A DNA stretch of 63,976 nt, counting the filler, from Octopus bimaculoides (lineage: Eukaryota), in the NCBI RefSeq assembly GCF_001194135.2. It is 5 parts of 5 records of this genome, joined end to end, with 100 filler letters (N's around TTAATTAATTAA, not from the genome) between each part and the next. Parts side by side here need not be neighbours in the genome. Positions count along the whole stretch, not along the records: positions 1 to 25,672 come from NC_068994.1; 4 more parts are not named here. One strand, 5' to 3'. Shown one piece after another: positions 1 through 12,908 of this stretch (position 1 is its first letter; the number at the start of each line of letters is the position of its first letter). The notes below the pieces were generated by a model that did not search any database, had not been told where the DNA came from, and saw nothing but the letters and a program-made list of their open reading frames with translations. A program made the position numbers and the translations under genes.

Positions 1-373
1 CCTGGCACGAACCCAAACTGCATCTCATCTAAATTGATTCGCTCCCTAATTAGTTGGGCTATGACCCTCTCTGTAACTTTCATAACCTGATCTAACAGCT
101 TGATGCCTCTGTAATTATTTGTATCTAAAGCGTCCCCTTTACCTTTGTAGCAGTTGACTATGATGCTGCTACACCAGTCATAGGGTATGACTCCTTCGTG
201 TATCACCTGGTTCGTAATACGGGTGACTAGGCTATAGCCAACACTGCCAGATATTTTGAGCATCTCTGCAGTGATTCCTGATGGGCCGGGGGCTTTCCCG
301 GTCTTCATACTCTTAATTGCTTTATCTACCCTGGTACTATCAACTCGGATAGCTGGTCCCTCTATTGGGTCGA
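1..373 (-). mobile_element. RTE-clade LINE fragment (N-terminal part of the reverse transcriptase), running off the window start
   Basis: Stop-free minus frame: VDPIEGPAIRVDSTRVDKAIKSMKTGKAPGPSGITAEMLK...WCSSIIVNCYKGKGDALDTNNYRGIKLLDQVMKVTERVIAQLIRERINLDEMQFGFVPG. Contains the KAPG.SGI, NYRGI.LL and QFGF motifs of non-LTR RTs. Confidence 0.92.
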
Positions 374-546
374 CATGTGTGTGCACGTGTGTGTGTGTAT
401 ACACACACACACGTGCGCACATGCCAATGTGATTGTGTATAAACACATATGTATGATAGATACCAGTACACAAAATACTCAATCCTTGAATCACTGTTAC
501 TTATGCCAATTAACAATATATATATATATATATATATCTATCTATA

Positions 547-587
<41 letters not shown>

Positions 588-1628
588 NNNNNNNNNNNNN
601 NNNNNNNNNNNNNNNNNNNNNNNNNNNNNNNNNNNNNNNNNNNNNNNNNNNNNNNNNNNNNNNNNNNNNNNNNNNNNNNNNNNNNNNNNNNNNNNNNNNN
701 NNNNNNNNNNNNNNNNNNNNNNNNNNNNNNNNNNNNNNNNNNNNNNNNNNNNNNNNNNNNNNNNNNNNNNNNNNNNNNNNNNNNNNNNNNNNNNNNNNNN
801 NNNNNNNNNNNNNNNNNNNNNNNNNNNNNNNNNNNNNNNNNNNNNNNNNNNNNNNNNNNNNNNNNNNNNNNNNNNNNNNNNNNNNNNNNNNNNNNNNNNN
901 NNNNNNNNNNNNNNNNNNNNNNNNNNNNNNNNNNNNNNNNNNNNNNNNNNNNNNNNNNNNNNNNNNNNNNNNNNNNNNNNNNNNNNNNNNNNNNNNNNNN
1001 NNNNNNNNNNNNNNNNNNNNNNNNNNNNNNNNNNNNNNNNNNNNNNNNNNNNNNNNNNNNNNNNNNNNNNNNNNNNNNNNNNNNNNNNNTATATATATCT
1101 TAATATATAAAGCTGAAGTTGTGTGTCTGTGTGAAGCCTTTTTAAAAGTTTATAGAAATCCACATTTTCCACTTTTTCGTAAAAATGTTTACATCAACGG
1201 AATTTTCTCGATCTGAACTTTCCAGTGCAGTAATTAGATTTTTAAAATTCCGTTTACTTTGTGTGATTTAAGGGAGATTTGGCTGTTGTTTCTAGCAAGT
1301 TTTATATTTCTTCCCTTCTACCTGTAGCGGCGTTCATCGATCACACGCTCAACATAAAATATAGAGAGTAAGAGTGTGAGAGAGTAAGAGTGTGAGAGAG
1401 TAAGAGTGTGAGAGAGTAAGAGTGAGAGAGAGAAAGTGATACATACAAAGTCTTCTTTCTTCTTCCTCTCTCCCATTTAATAGTTTTCTTGGATCCCTCT
1501 ACCTCTAATATATTTTTCATAATATAGAAACGTAAAAACACACACAACCACACATATGTGATCTGTGACAACAACATACACAGAAACACATCAACATTAT
1601 ACATATAAGATTTAGTTTCTGTGTCTTT

Positions 1629-1671
<43 letters not shown>

Positions 1672-2943
1672 ACATATATGTGGAGGCGCAGTGGACTTGT
1701 GGTCATAAGATCGCATTTTCGATTCCCATACCAGGCGTTGTGAGTGTTTATTGATATTTTTATTGTTTCAATGCATTTAATACTTGTGTTTCTGATAGTT
1801 TTGTAAGATAATTCTTACATAGTGCAATCTTCATCAGTTAAACATTTCAAAATATAAGTGACTGACAAAAATTTGCCCTGTATTTAGCAATTATCAGGAT
1901 GGTCTCTAGAGAACCCTAGTTTAAGCAGAGAGAAAGAAGGAAGTTCAGAAATAGTAGACTTAGAGGGACAGAGAGGAGAGGAAAGGTTAATAAAGAAAAG
2001 AGAAGAGGAGGAAGTCAAGTTAAAAATATATAAATGCATGATTAGACACAATCATGACTATTAATGGCAAAGAATGGGGGAGGAATAGGAGGATGACGAT
2101 GACAACAACAGCAAAAACATAGAAGCTGATGAAATAAGAAAAGAAGGAAGAAAAAGATGATGAAGGAGGAGGATAGAGAGGGGACAGAATAAAATAAAAA
2201 GTGAAGAGAAAAATCAAAACAGACCAGAGACAGTAAAAGATTTGGCTCCTTGGTGGGGGGGGGGGGGGGGTCAGGACAAAAGAAAAACGGAAAAGAAGAA
2301 TGAGGCACCAGATATAAAATTAATAGCTGCAATAATGTTTAATAAAAATATTCCAGAGGGGAAATGAAGAAAGCTTAAATGGTACAAGCCATGTCAATTG
2401 GTTTGTGTTTGACCATGTGTGTAGATCCAGTGACTCGCTGCCAAGAAAAAGCAAGGAAATAATAATCACACACATATATAGATCAGTAAATTATACTTAC
2501 TGCATACTATTATAAGCAGAGTGGTAAGGCATGTGGAAAGATAGTGAAAAATAGATTATAATTCAGGGAAGATACAACCAAGAAGGGTTTAGATTAAATA
2601 AGATAAGGATAAAATAAAATAAAATCAATAAACTAAGTAGAATAAAGGTTGAATAAGATGGGCTAAGGTGGAATTTTGAGGTAAGTGTATACATATGCGA
2701 AATAAAATTTGGAAATAAGAGTTAGGCATTGGTTTGTAATTAAGGAATAATAATATAGTAAATTAATAACTTAGTATGAAATAATAAATATTGTTGTGCA
2801 GAAGAATTGTTGAAGTAACTGTTCGTTTTAAGTCTCCAAGAGCAAATGTGGAACAAATTGTTATATATATGTTTTACAGGAGCTTTTGGTAGACACAATA
2901 ATTAAAATAAGAATAAGGTTAACAACAACAACAATAATAATAA

Positions 2944-3156
2944 TAATAATCCTTTCTACTATAAGCACAAGGAGTCAAATTTCAAAGGAGGAGGCTAGTC
3001 AAGTACATCAACTCCAGTGTATAACGGGTACTTATTTCCTCAACCCCCAAAAGGTTGAAAAGCAAAGTCAACCATGGCAGAATTTGAACTCAGAAAGTAA
3101 ATGCTGCTAAGCATTTTGCTCAGCAAGCTAATGATTCTATCAGCTTGCTGCCTTTA
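2944..3156 (-). mobile_element. tRNA-derived SINE family A, CpG-decayed copy
   Basis: Degenerate match to the core tcgaccccgaaaggatgaaaggcaaagtcgacctcggcggaatttgaactcagaac, with an (AAT)n tail on the left. Confidence 0.8.
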
Positions 3157-3268
3157 ATAATCATGACAATGATTTCAAATTCTAAGTGAGAAGTAAATAA
3201 ATCTGCTAAATTGAATCAGGGCCAAAGTTAGTAATTTGGGAAAGAGGTGGTGATGTGCCTGTCTAAAA

Positions 3269-3498
3269 CAGTAGTTCTCAACCATTTTTTACCTATGGGC
3301 TCTTTTGATACCGGTTTTACCTAAGTAGACCTCAAAGCAATTTGATGTTTGAAAAAAATCTCAGTATATTCTTATGCAGAAAATTCTTTAAAATCTTGAA
3401 TATTGTAGTAGCATAACCAGTTTGTCGCACATAAGCTTTAGCAACATACCTTTACAAGGAATCTCAAAGGCCATCTGGACACAGGTTGAGAATCACTG
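3269..3498. mobile_element. hAT (Charlie/Buster-type) MITE
   Basis: TIRs CAGTAGTTCTCAACC and GGTTGAGAATCACTG. 8-bp TSD gtctaaaa/gtctaaat with central TA. Confidence 0.85.
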
Positions 3499-3649
3499 GT
3501 CTAAATAAAATTGCTATCCCCTCTTTTTTCCTTGGTTAGATTGAGCTAAAGGTAAAATGAACCAATAAATGTGATAACGAGTTTTTTTTTATTTCGGAAT
3601 GGGGGGGGGGGGTAATTCTGAGAGGAAATATATTTATAGTTTATGTCTC

Positions 3650-4166
3650 AAGACAGCCCAAAGAAGCCTTCAACTCTGACTGTTTCGTACCTAACATGAA
3701 GCATGAAGAATACTTTGTGATGATTTGGGAAGGCATATTACAGAACACTCTTGGACTTCCGTTTGTTCTACATGATAGAGTTAACACCAAGGATTATCTT
3801 TGTAGTTTGGCTGGTTACATTCATCCTGTGGTACAAACATTGTTCCCAACTGATAGTATAATCTAAATACACCAGTTACATGCTTGATGTAACTAAAAAT
3901 TGGCAAAAAGAGCACAAAAGCGAAGTAAACCACTAAGATTTCTCCTTTGCCCCATAACCACTGATCTCCATATAATCAAACATTTATGGTGTATTTTGAA
4001 GCAGTAAACCTGGAGCTGGTTCCTTCAATTAGAGTTACTTAAAGAGCTAATGCAGGTTTTACTTGAAAACAATGGCTTCAAAATTCCCCTAACAATTATT
4101 CAAAACTTGTACACGTCAATTCCAGATTTTCACATTACAAGATGTTTCCATTATTTTGTCCAACCC
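3650..4166 (+). mobile_element. Degenerate Tc1 (DD34E) transposase 3' half with right TIR
   Basis: Translates to ..VPNMKHEEYFVMIWEG..LHDRVNTKDYL..IHPVVQTLFP..DLHIIKHLWCILK with stops and frameshifts. Ends in gtttccattattttgtccaaccc, the same TIR as the 21037-22226 element. Confidence 0.8.
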
Positions 4167-4184
4167 ATACATACATCTATATAA

Positions 4185-4262
<78 letters not shown>

Positions 4263-6087
4263 TTATAATATATGTATGTATGTATACATTATATTCATAC
4301 ATATGTTTATATATTTATGTGTGAGTGTGAGAGACATAAACAGACCTTAAGCATAGCCCATAGTTGCTTTAAAAATCATGATGAAATATCAAAAATGAAA
4401 CATTAAAAATACTGGTAAAGAATGCAGAGAACAGCAAACGTATTGCAATAAAATATAAAGTGGAATGGTTAGAAACAATGTATGAAGGTCTAAAACACAT
4501 TAGCAATGATTACGTATTGATTTATGTTTGGTATTGCATGTGATATTTGGGCTTTGTCACTGAGTTTTATAATGAAAATATCAAATTATTTTAAAATGTG
4601 CACAAAGTGTCAAATGAAATAGTGGAGTGTGAGATGGTATATTTATTTAGTGATGGCGGAATTATAAATACAGGCATTTGTGACACTAATACTAGGAAGA
4701 TTACCGCTAGTGTCAACAAAGCAGGACAAACAAACCAACTAAACCATACTAAAGCAAAAGTATAAACTGTATTTGCAAATGGCAACTTAATCAAAATAAT
4801 TCAGTCACTGCAATTTTGGCCTGTGAAAAAAAAAAAAAACTAGAAAGTAAGAGTGTAAAAAATCAGCAAGACATGAAAAATTGTCCCTTTTTTTTTTTTT
4901 TTTTTTTTTTTTTCATTGGACACAACTTGGCTCTCATTGGAATTGGAAGCAATGAAAGGAGAAAGTGAAAGAAAAAATAATATTAGGGTGGATAAAAAAT
5001 AAAAACTATATAAGTATAGAAAAATAAAAAAAGGGTTATATTAATTTCATTTTGAGCACAAAGAAAGTCTTGATTCAATTAATAATTGTTTGTATATGCC
5101 ATTATTACATGCTTCAAGCATTCTTTTATGATTTCTTTATGGAATATTTTCTGTTTCCATTTTTTCATTTTTTTTATTGTTAAACATCTTCCACCCACAC
5201 TTCCCTCTCTAGCAACCTACCAACTAACCAACCAACAAACCAAATAAAAAATTACATCAAAAAGTATGCAGTCCAAATAAGACCCAAAAAAATTCAAGTT
5301 TCAGAACCATTTGTGTTTTTTTACTCTGCTTCCTTAAAATTTTCATTTATTTTTGGTCTTAAAAATACAATAACTATATTCTTTTATTATTATTATCATC
5401 ACCATTGTTATTATTATTAGTAGTAGTAGCAGTAGTATTAAACTGGTGTCGTTCCCCAAGTTTGTGTCTCGGCATTTTCTATTTGGGATGCTCACAATAT
5501 TGGAAACACCATCAAAATTTCCTCATTGAAATTCCTTGAAAGAATTCTGCTATTTCTACCAAAGCTAATGCAAATTTTTTTTTCTTGTTTATTGCAGATC
5601 ATTTTGTGAACCAATTTTTATACCTGAGATATTTTCTTAAAAACAAGTAAAGAAATGAATAAATTACATAGATATAATACATGTATATGAATGTGTGAGT
5701 GAGAGAGCATTCATATATATGTTTATGTGCATATGTAAAGAGAGGAGAAAAACAGCAATGTTAGTAGAAATTTGCAAAAGGAAATTGTAAGATGAAAAAA
5801 AAAGACTAAAAAAATGCCTGACATATGCAGCTGTTTTGGCATTGGTAAAGAAAAGATAATGGCATCAAGAGTATATTCTTGAAATTTTGCCTTTAATGAA
5901 TTTCAAGACATTCCTCATGTGTGTATGTACATTCAAATACAGGAGTATAATAAAAGTACTTATGTGCTACGGTGTCTTCTTTCACATGTGTATGTATGAT
6001 GAAATATATAAATATATGCATCTACAGGCAATTATCTAAATATATACTTATATACTAGAACATATGAGCAACTATGTTCATGGTGAT

Positions 6088-6200
<113 letters not shown>

Positions 6201-6351
6201 ATAAAATGAAGTGCATTACACATACACAAACTTATAAGTAAATGCACATGTACAAATATAAACACTCATACACAGATACATAAACATCTCTGCTTGTATA
6301 TGTGATTTTGTATATACTTATACACACATATAAGTTATTGTATCTTTTATT

Positions 6352-6720
6352 TGCTTCATTCATTAGACTGCAGCCATGCTGCAGCATCGCCTTGAATGGT
6401 TTAATCAAACAAATTGACCCTTGTACATTTTTTAATAAAAAAGAAATCTGGTACTTATTTCTTTGGTCTCCATTGCTGAGACACTAAGTTACAAGGAGAC
6501 AAACAAACCAACACCAGTTGGTAACAGTAGGTATTCAAATACAAGGACACATACATGGGCATGTGTGTGTGTGTAGGTATACAAACACAATGGGCTTCTA
6601 GATTTACTAAAAAGGTATTGATCAACCTGGGGCTACGGTAGAAAACACTCGTCCTAGGTGCTGTGTCACGAGACTGAACCAGAAACCACATGGTTGCAAG
6701 GTGAGTTTCTTAATCACGCA
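6352..6720 (-). mobile_element. SINE family B, CpG-decayed
   Basis: Colinear with 46240-46650 (gactgcagccatgctg..., ...ctgaaccagaaaccacatggttg). Confidence 0.7.
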
Positions 6721-6784
6721 CAATACACACCACACATGTAGATAGATTCCTGTGTGTATACAAACACACATACACGCGCGCGCG

Positions 6785-6852
<68 letters not shown>

Positions 6853-7162
6853 CATATGTATATGCTACAAGGTCAAAAAACATAAGAGAAGGGAAAACTG
6901 CTGAGATATAAAGTGCAGGAGAAGTAGTTAAATAGGAATAAACTATAACACTTAACAACCTGATGGGACCCTATGATCATATACCACACTGTGTAAACCA
7001 GATGTTGTTCCAGAAACTAGGATTTGTGAGGGCCATGCCAGCTATGTACACAAGTGTCATCAGTTGTGAAACAGCAGTGAGAACAAAGACAAATTTAGTA
7101 AGTAGCTAAGGTGTCAGTGCTCAATTCTTACCCCTCCTCCAGGATATACTAGAAGAGTTTAG

Positions 7163-7353
7163 CCCTTTAGTATTTAATCCAGCTGTATCTGGCCCAAATA
7201 TTCTACCTATTTTATGTTAAAACTGACCAGATCCAATTTTCACACCTACACTACAATGTCATTCTAAATGTACACAAACACACTGTTGAAAATCTTGAAG
7301 CCACAAGATGATGCATGACTAATTTAAAACAGAATAATCTGAATGCAAAAGGG
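7163..7353. mobile_element. piggyBac-type TTAA MITE
   Basis: Ends ccctttagtattta and gaatgcaaaaggg, flanked by ttag/ttaa. Homologous along its length to 19504-19724. Confidence 0.75.
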
Positions 7354-8410
7354 TTAAGATAAGATATCTGTAAGAATTCTTGTGTACTGATAACCTAGTT
7401 CTTATGACTGAATCTGTACATTTGGAGAAGAAATTCCAATCATGGAAGGTAAAAATCTACCATTGAGAGGCCTGGAAATAGATTATAAAGCAAGAGTCTT
7501 AGCAAATAGAGAAGACAAGACCATGTCACCATCAAAGAAATGAATGTACACAATATACAAAAAAACAGCAAGGGAAAAATTGTATACAGTGTGCCCACAA
7601 TAAACCATGAACATGGTGGGATGACAAGCTAGCTAATTAGGAAGGCAAACATTTTTATCTTATTTTGCCAGGAGAGAAACAGTGCCTGTGACATTTTACA
7701 GGGTCTCCAAGACAGGTAGGGAGGTACCTACTTTCATCCCTCCTACCTGAGACTTGATCTGAATGCTTGCCACAAAGCGAACTCCACTTAAGATTCCCAA
7801 AGTGCAAGGTGGTGATAAACTAAGCAAGGGATCAAATCAACCACCTAAGCAGGCTTTGATGGAATTTGAACTCAGAACATAAAGAGCCAGAACAAATACA
7901 GCAAGGCACTTATTCTGGGTATGAGATGTTTCGGTACTATTTTGGTACCAACTATTTGGCATCGCTGATTTGGCACTGACTTATTTGATATCAACCATTT
8001 TAATGTTTCTCCCTACCTCTATGAGTAAGCATTTAGTTATGTTTGTATGTATATGTAATGTCTCTCTCTCTCTTTCTGTATGTGTATATTTCTACATGTA
8101 TGCGTGTATGTGTTTGTGTTTACCTCCAGTGCCAAAATGTACTATCACCAAAACAGGTGAAATGTTCAGTCAGCCATGCAAAATCATTAGCATCTAAACA
8201 GCCACTCCCAATTGTCTCCTACTGTCTGCTCTGATGTTCTTCGAGTTCTGTCAATCTGCTGCTATACATTGGTACATTTTAACTGACTTCAAAAGGATGA
8301 AATCCTTTTGGGGTTACATCAGAATTTGGACACAGAGCACAGATCATTAGAATAAAATACCACAAAGTATTCTATCTGATGCGACAATTACTGTCAATTC
8401 TGAGACTGCT

Positions 8411-8629
8411 TGAGGGAATGCTGAGAAGTTCCTGGCTTTAGGTAAAAGAAAATACATGAGGATCAGTTAATTATGATTTTATTGAACATATTACCCTCTC
8501 AGATTCACACACATATTACAGTGGTCCTTCAGTTTTTCTAAGCTCTGTAAAAGAACTTGGAAGATTGAACCTCCAGCCAAGCCTATTCCAATACCCTTAA
8601 AGTCAGAAATACTTTTCAGCACCTCCTCA
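8411..8629. mobile_element. mariner-type MITE
   Basis: Imperfect TIRs tgagggaatgctgagaagttcctggcttta and taaagtcagaaatacttttcagcacctcctca(ta). Confidence 0.7.
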
Positions 8630-9262
8630 TATATGTTATCATTTTACTTGATTACACAAGTAAAATGTGATTTAATTAGAAATGAAGGTCAGTGCTCCAG
8701 ACTGGGTGAAAAATGTCAGGAAGATATTAACATTACTATTTACAGTATCATGTACCTGTCTAAGGAATGGCATTGGATTTGTTTGTATTCAATCCTCTTC
8801 CACGTACCAAATAATGGCATCAGATCTTTGTATTCAATACCCACTACCATCGCTCTCCCATAACCAGACATCTTTTTACAGAAGATTGGCAATGAAGGAC
8901 ACTGCTTGTATAAAAGTGACACTCACAACTATCACACACACATACATACATATATGTATATACATAGATGATGAGCTTCTCTCAGTTTCCATTATAAGAC
9001 TTTGGGTCAGCTTAGAGCTGTAGGAGAAGACACTTGGTCAAGGTATTGTATAGTGGGATTGAATTCAAAGCAATATGGGTGGGTGTGTGTGTGATTGTAA
9101 TGCAGATAAACACAAATACACGCAGGCTTCTCACATACACACACACACATACTCACATGTATAAATATATAAAGAAATATATTTACCTAGAGCATAAAAA
9201 ATACAAAATACTAAGAAGAAAATACATAATATAGATATATTTGTGTGTATGTGTGTGTGTGT

Positions 9263-9302
<40 letters not shown>

Positions 9303-9799
9303 TACCCAGTCTTGGAATTGAACCCTTAACTTTATGATCACGAGCCACATACCCTAAACACAAATCCACATGCTTTCACAAGATATAGAAGTATTGCGAT
9401 GCAAATGACCTAAGAATTTGCAACATTAAGTTCCACTAAAATCTGACCAGCCAGCTGATCATCTACTAATCAGTTGAATATGCAAACCAGACAGAATTCA
9501 TACTCACAGAAAATTAGGATAAGCAACAGATTGTGAATATGAAGTCCTTCTCTCGTGAAGAGTATAGCAGTATATAAAGGCGAGTGATCAGTAACTCAGT
9601 ATATGATAAAAACTAAGAGACAAGGGATAGTCTAGAAAAGGAAGTTATAGAAGTTGGAAGATTCCTTGGACAGACATAGGCCTAAATAAGCACTAGTTGA
9701 TGAAAAGATGAAGAGGTGAGAACAGAGACTTATTGATAACAATCTGCTGTGGGCCACAGACTAGACTTGAAGACAGATTAGAGTTCTAACCAAGCAATG

Positions 9800-10500
9800 G
9801 TCATCCACTCATTAAGCCATTCATTCCTATGGAGCAGAGGCAATCGATGACTTTTCTCCTTTCTCAACTTTGGTCTGTCTTTTCTGCTTTTCTCCAGTCA
9901 GATCCCTGCTTTTTTCAGCTCTGCCTCAGTACCTTCCTTTAGAATTTTCCTGCACAATATCATATGCTTCTCTGAGGAAGGCTGGTTGGTTTTGAACTGT
10001 CATCAAAGCTTCTGTAACTTTACCTTCTTCTAAGTAGGGGTGCTGCTCCTACACAAAGCCATTTTATCTCAAGGAAGAGGTGGCCTAGATTAGTTTACCC
10101 TTATCCTTTGACCTGTCTGGCATGGGAGGCCCTACTAAGAGGAACTTGTACCCTGCTGGAATAGATTTCAGGGTCTCTGAGGCACACAAGCCACCAGATC
10201 ACAAGGACTGGACCTTGAGGTGTCAAGCCAATGTGGTGGGATCATAAAATAGATTGGACCATAAAAACTAAAAGACCAGCTTGAAAAGACTAGAAGATAA
10301 GGAGGAGTAAGAAACAATATAAAGCAGCTAAAAGAGAAGAAAGATGTCAAGTATATCTAGCAAGAAGAGAAGCTGAAAGGAAGAAATTTGCACTTGTTCT
10401 GCAACATGAAGATCAGAGACATGAGGAGCTCAAGATTACCAAATTGCGTGTTAGTGCAAATAAAAAGAGTATTGGGAAAAAAATCGGATAAAGTAGTACC
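9800..10500 (+). mobile_element. Internally deleted RTE-related element (antisense RTE C-terminus + RTE 5'UTR-like motif + ORF piece)
   Basis: 10315-10480 translates YKAAKREERCQVYLARREAERKKFALVLQHEDQRHEELKI, resembling the RTE EN-RT linker. 9810-10210 aligns by eye to the reverse complement of 19770-20440. Confidence 0.65.
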
Positions 10501-12682
10501 ATACAATCCCAGTGGAAGTAATCAGTGAAAGAGGAAAACTGACAAAGACATAACACCTGGTAAAAGTTGAAGTCAAGAAGACGAACTTCATAAAGGAGAT
10601 GACAACAAAGAGCTGCAGTAAATGGCAAGGCGCTGTGCTAGAAAAAACTTGTCCATCACATGCAAGCTTGGAAAAGCAAATGTAAAAATAATGATGATGA
10701 TACACACACACATATTTATATAATTATCATACATATGCACATTCATACACACATGCAACACATATATGCCCACACATAAATTTAGCATATCTAACCAGAT
10801 TTAATTCTATGGTGATCGAAGAGTTGGGATTAAAAGCCCAACTCACATAGAGAGAGAACACAGAATCAACAATCAACAGATCAGTTTTTTATTTATTCTA
10901 GAGATTGCAGAATCTCTTCAGCTTCTATAATGATGACATATTGCGGCTGTCTCAATTAAACAAACAATTCTCTGTAAAATCTATAATTTAGAACATTGAT
11001 GCCTGCTCAACAATAAATGGCCGACAAAATCTTTAGAGTAGCTGTTCTATAACTACCAAATACCATCCCCTCCTAAAAAAAAAGACTAGTGAAATTTGTC
11101 CCTACCTCCCACTTTATTAATAAGACAAATACATTGCATTCGCCACCAGCAACATCAAACAATACCAACACACTAACAAAACCATCAATATATGGATACC
11201 TTCACATGAGGAACATACATGAAAAATTACATAACCGAAATGCACTCATCGTTTTTTTAAGATAATGATTTGAAAGAAATATGACTGGTTTTTGTTTCTT
11301 GGTTGAGCAAGAGTGTAGAGGCATCTGGAGTGCAACAAGATTTCCATACCATAAAAATTGACTGAATATTATATTCTCCAGTCAAAATACAAACCTGACT
11401 TCCACCAACTTGCCAACTTTAAACAAAAGTGTTGCTGAAGCGAGAAAAGATGAACAAACTATAGAACCATAATCATTAGCTAATCAATGTCATTTCACCT
11501 CTACACTCAGCTAACAAGAGTAACGTTCAAAATATAAGCCAAACAACTCCTTTGTCTTTTTCTGCTCTCTGTTGAAGGTCAAGAGCCCAAACATTACATT
11601 CACCACTCCTTCCAAAAACTTGCATTTTTCATCCACAAACACCCTTTTTCATATTAACTGATCATCAATGCATGTGACACTATGCTGAGTCACAATTTTG
11701 CTTTTGTGCTTTTATTCACCACTCAGTTTTGCTTAAAGCAGATAACTATCAGTATGGTAGTTGACGAGCCGTAACAAAATATTATATAACTGTCCTTTAT
11801 AGAAATTAGCCTTGCATCTCATCAAATGAAATCATTACCCCCTACATAGCAGTACTTGTATCAACATTGTAATACATCAATAATTTACAACTCTTCAGAT
11901 ATAACAATATGTTATACCATAATCAACTGACTGAAGACACCAAAATGGCTATAATAAAACATGGTATAATAATATAACATTAATCAGTTCACTTAACGAT
12001 TTCTGACTTCTTATACTGCTCAGAACTTAACTTCAAATTTATGTCCTGAGATTTAATGACATTCACAAATTTCATGTTGTTCAAACATACGATACTTTCT
12101 AACATAATAGAAATAGTTATTCTCTGTAAAGAAGTATTAACAGCTGTCATTTGGGGAGTATTATTATTATACAGGTGATGAATTGGTGGAGTCATTTAAA
12201 TATCAAATAAAATGTTTCACAATATTTGTTCTGACCCTTTCATTCTCCAAGTTCAAATCCAACTGACATCAATTTTGCTTTTCATCGTTTTCAAGGAGGT
12301 GGTCATTACAAAAGTACCAATCCAAGATGATGGACAGGTAGAAATGTAAAAATGTCAGACTAGATGCCTTACCATATTTGCTCTGCTTCTTTGCATTCCG
12401 AGTTCAAATTCCATTACAGTCTACTTACATGGTAGACTTAATCTGTTACCCAGTTTAATACCACCTGACAACTTGCTGGCAATTAGCAGCATCCACTCAT
12501 TTTAAACCATCTGGGCTAGATATCCAGTTTGAGGATATCTTCATAGATCTTTGCCTCCTACCAGCCTCAGAGACCTAGTAAAAGGTTGTGGGCACTATCT
12601 TTCAACCTGAGTATAAGGTCATAATAATGACTTCTAATTCAGTTACAAAGCCAGCAATTTTCAAATGGTTTGGAGTTAGTCA

Positions 12683-12908
12683 ATAATAATCATCTTTTCT
12701 ACTCTAGGCACAAGGCCCGAAGTTTTGGGGGAGGGGGCCAGTCGATTAGATTTACCCCAGTATGCAACTGGTCCTTAATTTATCAAACTGAAAGGATGAA
12801 AGACAAAGTTGACCTCGGCAGAATTTGAATCCAGTACGTAAAGACAGACAAAATACTGCTAAGCATTTTGCCTGGCGTGCTAACGTTTCTGCCAGCTCAC
12901 CACCTTCA
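12683..12908 (-). mobile_element. SINE family A
   Basis: Same core and head (gctaagcattttgcctggcgtgctaacgtttctgccagctcacc). Confidence 0.85.

Noticed and set aside
2253-2272. Poly-G runs (also 3601-3612, 55293-55305) as G-quadruplexes
   Set aside because: Simple homopolymers with no supporting context.
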